A stretch of DNA of 64,000 bases from an uncultured delta proteobacterium (GTDB taxonomy: Bacteria > Desulfobacterota > Desulfobacteria > Desulfobacterales > B30-G6), in the NCBI GenBank assembly GCA_963823335.1, contig CAWGLD010000001.1:256001-320000 (forward strand), read 5' to 3'. Each line of letters starts with the position of its first letter. Within the stretch, counting starts at the first letter, position 1. The notes under the pieces were generated by a model, which had not been told where the DNA came from, ran no database searches, and worked only from the letters and a program-made list of their open reading frames with translations. Of this stretch, positions 56,836 through 64,000 are shown in pieces. The translations under genes were made by a program, and so were the position numbers.

Positions 56836-58611
56836 ATGTCCAACAATATCATCGATAGCGTGTCTTACCCGCCAACGCCACCCAAACCGCTGGAATGGCT
56901 GATTGGAAACGTGCGCCACGCACGAGGATGGATTCTTCTTTCCGTGTCAACAGGCTTTGCCAGCGGACTCCTGTTGATCCTCCAGGCTGCGTTATTGTCC
57001 AGAATAATTCACCGTGCGTTTATCGACAATCTGTCACAGACCGCCCTGAATCCGCTTTTTCTGATATTATGCGGTCTGGTTCTCCTGCGCGCCGGACTGG
57101 CATGGACAAGAGAGGTGTCAGGATTTTATGCCGGAGCCGGTGTTCGCCAGGAGGTCCGTATGGCTCTGATACACCATATCAATACCCTGGGTCCTGTTCA
57201 GGCCGACCGCCCCCACAGCGGTGCCCTGTCTACCGCCATTGTCGAACAGGTGGAAGCACTACAGGCGTTCTACGCCCATTATTTGCCCCAACTGGCCCTG
57301 GCTGTCTCGATTCCGGCGGCCATCGCAGCCTTTGTGTTTCCCATCAGCTGGGCTGCAGGGGGACTGCTGCTGCTGACAGCGCCACTGATACCGCTGTTTA
57401 TGATTCTTATCGGAATGGGCGCCGAAAATATCAGCCAAAAAAATTTTCAGGCTTTATCCCGTATGAGTGCCCACTTTCTCGATATTCTTCAGGGGCTCCC
57501 CACCCTCAAGCTCCTGGGCCGCAGCCGGGCCGAGCAAACCTCTATTGAAAAGGTCTCCGACGAATACAGGCTGCAAACCATGAAAGTTCTCCGGGTGGCG
57601 TTTATATCCACGGCCGTGTTGGAACTGTTCAGCTCTTTATCCATCGCCCTGGTGGCCGTCTACCTGGGGACCACATATCTGGGATATACCCATTTCGGGT
57701 TATATGGACAGATTCTTACCCTGAAACAGGGTTTGTTCATCCTGCTGCTGGCACCCGATTTTTACCTGCCTCTGAGAGAACTGGGGATTCATTACCACGC
57801 CCGTGCAGAAGCCATGGGCGCAAGCCAAGAAATTTTAGACATCCTCTCCCGACGGCCGGCCACAACTTTCACCGGCACTAGATCGCTAGCGGTTTCCACA
57901 CCCCTTACCATAAACTGCCGAAATATCCATTTTGCCTATAAAACCCGTCAGGGTCCAGTGTTATCAGATATCAGTTTGGAACTGGTACCCGGAGAACACG
58001 TGGCATTGGTGGGAGAGAGCGGAGCCGGGAAAACCACGCTCCTGAACCTTTTGCTGGGATTTATACAGCCCGACCAGGGTGAAATCAACGTCAATGGGAA
58101 CCCCCTCTCGACCTTGACATTGAATAACTGGCACCAGGCGCTGGCCTGGGTCGGGCAGCATCCCATGCTGTTCCACGATACCATTGCCGGCAACATCGGT
58201 ATGGCCTTGCCGGGTTCAACACGCGCCGATGTCGAACAGGCAGCCCGTTCAGCCCAGGTACTCGATTTTGCGCGCAATCTTCCCAGAGGCCTGGATACGA
58301 AGGTAGGCGAGCAGGGCTGGGGGCTGTCACGGGGTCAGGCCCAGCGCGTGGCACTGGCGCGGGTGTTTTTGAAAGATGCACCGATTCTTTTGCTGGATGA
58401 ACCGACCGCCGGTCTGGATGTCGATACCGCCCAATCGGTGATGCAGACCATCGCATCCTTTTCAAAAGACCGGACGGTTCTGTTGATCACCCATCGGCTG
58501 GATCAACTTCAAACCGCTCGCCGGATCATCGTCATGTCCGAAGGTAGACTGGTGGATCAAGGCAGTTATGCAGCACTTATGAAACGGGAAGCCATAAGCA
58601 GTAAGCGATAA
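56836..58611 (+). CDS. cydD: CydD ABC exporter subunit
   Basis: YLPQ, TAPLIPLFMILIG, LSAVLE-like STAVLE, YHAR, GESGAGKT. Confidence 0.9.
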   Translation: MSNNIIDSVSYPPTPPKPLEWLIGNVRHARGWILLSVSTGFASGLLLILQAALLSRIIHRAFIDNLSQTALNPLFLILCGLVLLRAGLAWTREVSGFYAGAGVRQEVRMALIHHINTLGPVQADRPHSGALSTAIVEQVEALQAFYAHYLPQLALAVSIPAAIAAFVFPISWAAGGLLLLTAPLIPLFMILIGMGAENISQKNFQALSRMSAHFLDILQGLPTLKLLGRSRAEQTSIEKVSDEYRLQTMKVLRVAFISTAVLELFSSLSIALVAVYLGTTYLGYTHFGLYGQILTLKQGLFILLLAPDFYLPLRELGIHYHARAEAMGASQEILDILSRRPATTFTGTRSLAVSTPLTINCRNIHFAYKTRQGPVLSDISLELVPGEHVALVGESGAGKTTLLNLLLGFIQPDQGEINVNGNPLSTLTLNNWHQALAWVGQHPMLFHDTIAGNIGMALPGSTRADVEQAARSAQVLDFARNLPRGLDTKVGEQGWGLSRGQAQRVALARVFLKDAPILLLDEPTAGLDVDTAQSVMQTIASFSKDRTVLLITHRLDQLQTARRIIVMSEGRLVDQGSYAALMKREAISSKR

Positions 58612-58640
58612 GCTGCTCACAGCTTACTGCTTATGGCTTC
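58588..58640. repeat. palindromic repeat family E (19-bp arms)
   Basis: GAAGCCATAAGCAGTAAGC ... GCTTACTGCTTATGGCTTC, spanning the cydD stop. Confidence 0.8.
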
Positions 58641-58655
58641 ATAAACGCATTTATT

Positions 58656-60404
58656 ATGAAAAAAAGGCTAAAAAACCTGATGCCGTTCATGCGCCTCTTC
58701 CGGCCTCACTATCGCCGTATGGGGCTGGGTACTTTCTTGGGATGGCTGTCGATCATGGCCTCGGTGGGACTACTGGGCTTGTCGGGCTGGTTCATATCTG
58801 CGGCAGCATTTGCCGGGTTATCCCTGGGCGGCGCCTATCTGTTCAATTTCTTTTACCCCAGTATCGGCGTACGGCTGTTTGCCTTTACCCGTACCCTTTC
58901 CAGATATGCCGAACGCATCGTGATCCACGACGCCACCTTTCGTATGCTGGCCACGCTCAGGCTCTGGTTTTACCGCAAGATCGAGCCCCTGGCCCCCGCC
59001 CGCCTGATGCAATACCGCAGCACGGACATCCTGAACCGTATTGTGACCGACATCGATACCCTGGACAACCTTTATGTCAGGGTGCTTTCCCCCAGCATGA
59101 CAGCAGCAATAGCCATCATTGCCGTAGTACTGTTTCTGGCATTTTTCGATGTCTATATTGCAGGAGCCGCCCTCCTGTTTCTGCTGATAGCCGGAATCGT
59201 CCTCCCCCTGGCTACATCCAGATCCGGAGCAGACATGGGCCGGCGGCTGACCCTTGGTACAGCCAGAATGAGAATCCGGGCCGTCGAAGCTCTCCAGGGT
59301 CTTTCCGAGTTGATGGTTTACGGAAACTGGGACAGAAAAATCAATGCACTGGAAACAGAGAGCAGCGCATTGATCCTAATCCAGGGCCGAATGAGTCGTC
59401 TGCGGGGTCTTTCTCTGGCAGGGACCACCCTGTTGACGGGCCTGGCAACACTGACCTGTTTATACATCGGGGTTCATCAGGTGACTCGTGGAATACTGGA
59501 TGGCGCCAACCTGGCCCTGGTCGGTTTTGCCGTACTGGCATCTTTCGAAGCGCTTTTACCGCTGCCCACCGCCTACCAGTACCTCGGGCAGACAAAAAAG
59601 GCAGCTGAAAGACTGCTGGAAATCGTCAATGCGCCACCTGCTGTCATCTTCCCCGATGTTTCAAGCACCCCTGGTGAACACCACCATATTCACTTCAACA
59701 ACGTTGGTTTCCGCTATCGGGACTCCGACCCATGGGTTCTCGAGGAATTTGATCTGCGTATCGAACAGGGCCGACATGTGGCCATTATAGGCGAGACAGG
59801 CGCCGGCAAATCGACCCTTTTCAATCTTCTTGTACGATTCTGGAACCCGGTAAAGGGACGTATTCAGATCGGCGGTCAGGATCTCAAAACTTATGCCGAG
59901 TCAGATCTGCGACAGACCATCGGGGTTGTAGCCCAGCAGACCCATCTGTTTCACACCACCTTGCGTGAAAACCTTTTGATGGCCAGGCCCGCAGCTGACG
60001 AAACAGCCTTAAACGCAGCACTGAAAAAGGCACAACTGCTGGATTGGGTCAAAGCCCTTCCCCAGGGATTGGACAGCTTTATAGGGGAAGCCGGCAAGGG
60101 TCTTTCCGGCGGCCAGGCCCGTCGATTGAGCCTGGCCCGGATATTTTTACAGAATGCGCCCATCTGGGTATTGGATGAACCCACCGAAGGGCTGGACCGG
60201 GTCACGGAACAGAAATTGATGCAGACCTTGTTCCATGCGTCTCAGGCTCGCACCCTCCTGGTCATCACCCACCGAACGACAGATCTGGAACACTTCGACG
60301 ATGTCATCCTCATGGATCAGGGTCGTATTATTGCCCGGGGGAAGCATGATGCATTACTTAGGACAAATGAAAGATATGCTGCTTTGGTAAAGAAAGGGTC
60401 GTAG
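58656..60404 (+). CDS. cydC: CydC ABC exporter subunit
   Basis: GLLGLSGWFI, RYAER...HDATFR, LSGGQARR, LDEPTEGLD. Confidence 0.9.
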   Translation: MKKRLKNLMPFMRLFRPHYRRMGLGTFLGWLSIMASVGLLGLSGWFISAAAFAGLSLGGAYLFNFFYPSIGVRLFAFTRTLSRYAERIVIHDATFRMLATLRLWFYRKIEPLAPARLMQYRSTDILNRIVTDIDTLDNLYVRVLSPSMTAAIAIIAVVLFLAFFDVYIAGAALLFLLIAGIVLPLATSRSGADMGRRLTLGTARMRIRAVEALQGLSELMVYGNWDRKINALETESSALILIQGRMSRLRGLSLAGTTLLTGLATLTCLYIGVHQVTRGILDGANLALVGFAVLASFEALLPLPTAYQYLGQTKKAAERLLEIVNAPPAVIFPDVSSTPGEHHHIHFNNVGFRYRDSDPWVLEEFDLRIEQGRHVAIIGETGAGKSTLFNLLVRFWNPVKGRIQIGGQDLKTYAESDLRQTIGVVAQQTHLFHTTLRENLLMARPAADETALNAALKKAQLLDWVKALPQGLDSFIGEAGKGLSGGQARRLSLARIFLQNAPIWVLDEPTEGLDRVTEQKLMQTLFHASQARTLLVITHRTTDLEHFDDVILMDQGRIIARGKHDALLRTNERYAALVKKGS

Positions 60405-60421
60405 AAACTAAGGGCTGGCTG

Positions 60422-61174
60422 ATGCAAGATATTCTTTTTCTCCTTTTGCTGATCGTTGTTGGAATAGTTTCCGGTTTCCTGAACGTTATGGCCGGCGGTG
60501 GATCGGCCATCTCCTTGCCTCTTTTGATTTTCCTCGGCCTGGACAGCCCCCTGGCTAACGGCACCAACCGTCTGGCCATTTTTATTCAGACCATTGCCAG
60601 CATCCTATCCTTCAAACAAGAAAAGCTTTTTGAATTTAAAACCAGCCTGAAGATAGCCGCGTTCGCGCTTCCCGGTGCCATCGCAGGCGCTATTCTCGCG
60701 GTAAAAATTGACAGTGTTCTTTTCCAGCGGGTCTTGGCGTTCTTTATTCTGGGTATTTTATTGACCGTCATTATCCCAAGATCAAAAAAAACTACCACCA
60801 CTCAAACTATCAAGCCGGCTCATGGTTGGTTGATTTACCCAACCATGATGGTTATCGGATTCATCGGAGGGTTTCACCAGGTCGGTATCGGTTTTTTAAT
60901 GATCGGTGCTTTGAGTTATATACTGAAAATGGATCTGGTGCGCATCAACATGCACAAGGCGTCCGTTTTTTTCATCTACACGATCCCTGCTCTGATGGTA
61001 TTTATTTGGACCGATAATATCAACTGGAAATACGGCATCGCACTTGCCGTTGGAAATGCCATTGGCGGTTGGTGGTCCGCCAAGGTTGCTGTCCGAAAGG
61101 GAGAAAAGACAATTCGGATCTTCCTCGCAGTTGCCATGTTGATCATGGCCGCCAAGTTACTGAACAGTTTTTAG
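60422..61174 (+). CDS. TauE/SafE family sulfite-exporter-type membrane protein
   Basis: GFLNVMAGGGS.I.LP.L and ANGTN. Confidence 0.85.
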   Translation: MQDILFLLLLIVVGIVSGFLNVMAGGGSAISLPLLIFLGLDSPLANGTNRLAIFIQTIASILSFKQEKLFEFKTSLKIAAFALPGAIAGAILAVKIDSVLFQRVLAFFILGILLTVIIPRSKKTTTTQTIKPAHGWLIYPTMMVIGFIGGFHQVGIGFLMIGALSYILKMDLVRINMHKASVFFIYTIPALMVFIWTDNINWKYGIALAVGNAIGGWWSAKVAVRKGEKTIRIFLAVAMLIMAAKLLNSF

Positions 61175-61204
61175 AAGGATAATATACGTTGTCAAAGTAG
61201 AGTG

Positions 61205-61237
61205 AAAAAATAGAAAGGGCAGCCATAAAAGCTGCCC
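61205..61237 (-). terminator. intrinsic terminator (minus strand)
   Basis: Minus strand GGGCAGC-TTTTATG-GCTGCCC followed by TTTCTATTTTTT. Confidence 0.7.
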
Positions 61238-61301
61238 AGTTAGGAGGAGTTCAAAAGATGAGAGGTGGTTACCTTTTGAACATGTTTCTGGTACTATTGA
61301 C
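61205..61301 (-). ncRNA. putative sigma54-dependent small RNA (~95 nt)
   Basis: Promoter at 61312-61327, internal 9-bp hairpin, CUCCUCCU, terminator. Confidence 0.6.
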
Positions 61302-61311
61302 TACTTCTAAT

Positions 61312-61327
61312 AGCAATAATCATGCCG
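61312..61327 (-). promoter_or_regulatory. sigma54 promoter
   Basis: Minus strand CGGCAT-GATTA-TTGCT, canonical spacing. Confidence 0.7.
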
Positions 61328-61522
61328 ATTGTCGCTGATTCCGCAAACTCTTAAAAAACGGGGTCTCAGAGGATATTTGGGTATAGCCAATAGTATAAAT
61401 ATAACCAATATTACCTATAAAGCGTGTAACATATACCACGATAAAGGCTACCTAGGTTGACAGAACTGCCGTTTTGAGCACTCTTATAAAATCTATTTCT
61501 GTCTAATTTAGTTTCGCTCGCT

Positions 61523-61591
61523 AACCCCGCAGCATGCGAAGCGCTGCCGAACAGCAGAACCTGCGGGGAATGCGCTCGCTGTTGCGGTTCA
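61523..61591 (+). repeat. structured repeat family C, copy 2
   Basis: AACCCCGCAGCATGCGAAGCGCTGCCGAACAGCAGAACCTGCGGGGAATGCGCTCGCTGTTGCGGTTCA. Confidence 0.85.
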
Positions 61592-61729
61592 GGTGGGCTC
61601 GGCGCTATAGCGACGTCCTGGCTTGGCGATGGAAACAACGAAGCCATCTCGTCTGACCAAATTTCCAACATGCTTGGCGCCGATAAGATTTCTGAGTTTG
61701 CATCCAAGCTTGGACTTAGCGACTTTTGA
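61592..61729 (+). pseudogene. YidB/DUF937-like gene fragment
   Basis: GGLGAIATSWLGDGNNEAISSDQISNMLGADKISEFASKLGLS with no start codon; abuts the family C repeat. Confidence 0.6.
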
Positions 61730-61769
61730 TCTACCCCTCCAACTCTTGGATTCTCGGACCCTGCTTTTT

Positions 61770-62786
61770 CTAGTACATGAAATCTTCTGGCTTAACCTTG
61801 TCCTTAAACAAATTATAGGTCCAGATCTGATAAGCAAGCACCAGCGGAACAAAGAGGATCACCACAACCAGCATAATCTTCAGCGTCAGAGGACTGGATG
61901 AGGCATTGTGGGCGGAAAGGCTGTACGCCGGATCGATACTGGATGGAAACAGATTTGGATAGAGCCCGATCACACCAAAAAAGGTAGCCCCGATAATGGT
62001 CAGGGCAGAAGCAAACCAGGCTTTAAAGCCGTTTCCCTGTTGCAGAAACAGGCGCACACCCAATAAGGCGACAACGGTGACGATAATCACCACGAACAGT
62101 ATGGGACGGGCCAGGTAATTCTGATAAAGGGGTGTGGCAAACCAGGAGGCTACCAGAAATATAACGGCAACTGCCGTCAGAACCGGCCAGATACCCTTTG
62201 CCATTTTAAGCGCCCGATCATGCAGATCTCCTTCACTCCTGATGATAATCCAGTTGGCACCATGCTGCACAAAAAGCAGCAGGAACAGCACGCCGCCCAG
62301 CAGGCCATAAGGATTCAACAGGGTAAACAGCGTTCCCAGGTAAAGCCCATCACCGTCAATGGGAATCCCCTGAAATATATTGGCAAACGCCACCCCGAAA
62401 AGAATAGCCGGAGCAATACTGCCGATAAAAATGCAGGTATCCCAGACTTTTTTCCACACGGGATGGTCGATTTTATTGCGGAATTCAAACGAAACACCCC
62501 GAATGATCAGCGCAAAGAGGATCAACATCAAGGCTGTGTAAAGGGATGAAAACATAACGGCATAAACCAATGGAAATGCGGCAAACGTCACACCACCTGC
62601 AGTGAGCAACCAGACCTCGTTGCCGTCCCACAAAGGGCCCATGGCATTGATCATCGTTTTCTTGTCCTGATCGGTCTTTCCCAGGACCGGATACAACGCG
62701 CCGATACCCAGGTCAAAACCATCCGTCATAAAATACAGCGCCCAAAGAAGACCCCAAAGAAAAAACCATATCGATTGTAAAGCCAT
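61770..62786 (-). CDS. cydB: cytochrome bd ubiquinol oxidase subunit II
   Basis: DGFDLG, GPLWDGNEVWL, FAAFP, RGVSFEFR. Confidence 0.95.
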   Translation of the reverse strand: MALQSIWFFLWGLLWALYFMTDGFDLGIGALYPVLGKTDQDKKTMINAMGPLWDGNEVWLLTAGGVTFAAFPLVYAVMFSSLYTALMLILFALIIRGVSFEFRNKIDHPVWKKVWDTCIFIGSIAPAILFGVAFANIFQGIPIDGDGLYLGTLFTLLNPYGLLGGVLFLLLFVQHGANWIIIRSEGDLHDRALKMAKGIWPVLTAVAVIFLVASWFATPLYQNYLARPILFVVIIVTVVALLGVRLFLQQGNGFKAWFASALTIIGATFFGVIGLYPNLFPSSIDPAYSLSAHNASSSPLTLKIMLVVVILFVPLVLAYQIWTYNLFKDKVKPEDFMY

Positions 62787-62854
62787 TTTATCCTCCTATG
62801 TAATCTAAAAAAACCACGCGCTTGAGCTTGGCCGGTACTGTCATTCGAAATAGA

Positions 62855-64000
62855 TTATTCCGATGCCAGATCCGGACCTTTTTTGGCCTTCTGGAACATC
62901 AGGTAAAACCCGGCTGCCCCCAAGACACTGTATACCAGGATAAAAGCCACCAGCGAGGCAGCCACCTGTGAAACCGCAACAGGTGAAGCACCATCGGCGG
63001 TTCTGACCACACCGTACACCAGCCACGGCTGACGGCCGATTTCCGTCACGATCCAGCCGAGTTGGATAGCCAGATAGGGCAGTGGAATGGCAAACAGCAT
63101 GATTTTCAAATACAGCGTATTCTCAAGCAGGTTCTTGCGTTTGAACCAGCCGAAAACCGTCAGAAGAATAAAAATTACACCCAGACCGACCATACCCCTG
63201 AACGCATACGAGGTAATCAGCACCGGCGGTCGCTCGTCCCTGGGAAAGTCTTTGAGTCCCTGGACCACTGCATTGAAATCATGCTTGACCAGAAAGCTGA
63301 GCATGCCGGGTATCGCACCGATTTCAATGGCATTTCTCTCGTTTTCCGGATCAGGCCAGGTAAACAAATAGGAAGGTGCCATATCGGTTGTTTCCCACAG
63401 GGACTCCATGGCAGCCAGTTTGGCGGGCTGCTTTTCAGCCACCATGACACCATTCATATCCCCTAAAATAAAAACCACCAGAGAAAAGATGAGGCCAAAA
63501 CCCAGACCGGTTCTGAACGACTTTGTAAAGAATTCCTTGTGGCGGTTTTTCAGCAAATGATAGGCACTGATGCCCATGATGAAGAAGCTTGCCAGCACGA
63601 GGGCAGCACTGAGGGTATGAAGAATTTTATAGATAGCGAAGGGTTGCGAAACCACCGCGCCGAAATCCACCATTTCCGCCCTGCCGTTGCGAATCGTAAA
63701 CCCCACCGGACTCTGCATCCAGGCATTGGCAATCAGGATCCATACAGCGGAAAGGTTGGACCCGATGGCCACCAGCCACATGACCCCTGCATGGGCTTTT
63801 TTGGACAGTTTTTTCCAGCCGAAGATCCACACACCGATGAAGGTGGACTCCAGAAAAAAAGTGGCAGTGGCTTCGATGGCCAGGAGGGAGCCGAAGACAT
63901 CCCCCACATAGGCTGAATAGCGTGACCAGTTGGTCCCGAACTGAAACTCCAGGGTAATACCGGTAACCACACCCACGGCAAAATTGACCAGAAACAGTTT
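62855..64000 (-). CDS. cydA: cytochrome bd ubiquinol oxidase subunit I (5' end beyond the window)
   Basis: Frame open to the window edge (KLFLVNFAVGVVTG); EFQFG.NW, QPAKLAAME, TEIGRQPW. Confidence 0.95.
   Translation of the reverse strand, partial: KLFLVNFAVGVVTGITLEFQFGTNWSRYSAYVGDVFGSLLAIEATATFFLESTFIGVWIFGWKKLSKKAHAGVMWLVAIGSNLSAVWILIANAWMQSPVGFTIRNGRAEMVDFGAVVSQPFAIYKILHTLSAALVLASFFIMGISAYHLLKNRHKEFFTKSFRTGLGFGLIFSLVVFILGDMNGVMVAEKQPAKLAAMESLWETTDMAPSYLFTWPDPENERNAIEIGAIPGMLSFLVKHDFNAVVQGLKDFPRDERPPVLITSYAFRGMVGLGVIFILLTVFGWFKRKNLLENTLYLKIMLFAIPLPYLAIQLGWIVTEIGRQPWLVYGVVRTADGASPVAVSQVAASLVAFILVYSVLGAAGFYLMFQKAKKGPDLASE

Noticed and set aside
61258-61338. 26-aa plus-strand ORF with a perfect AGGAGGAG RBS
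   Set aside because: It is the antisense image of the sRNA anti-SD motif and runs across the sigma54 promoter; no other support, though not strictly excluded.

Overview
Gene-dense chromosomal window whose gene content resembles a Desulfobacterales-type sulfate-reducing bacterium (inferred, not tested). In order: partial sucA; an ArsS-family radical SAM operon; iorAB; a ~20 kb redox, oxygen-defence and Fe-S/cysteine region (ferritin-like proteins, TrxC, FumC, Tpx, NifU-NifS-CysE-CysK, desulfoferrodoxin, ferritin, rubredoxins, FprA, triheme cytochrome); a glyco-modification operon; a divergent five-gene membrane system (FtsX/MacB-type permease, ATPase, 1639-aa degenerate M28-permease fusion, two large OPT-like membrane proteins); MoxR-DUF58-DUF4129; cydDC, TauE and cydAB. 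Features missed by the ORF track: two probable selenoproteins (in-frame TGA at a conserved Cys position plus a SECIS-like hairpin), several small metalloproteins, four sigma54-type promoters, a probable sigma54-driven sRNA with an anti-Shine-Dalgarno motif, two gene remnants, and at least six families of short intergenic repeats, several overlapping stop codons. No rRNA, tRNA, CRISPR array or transposase was recognised. Family assignments come from motif recognition by eye; no searches were run.
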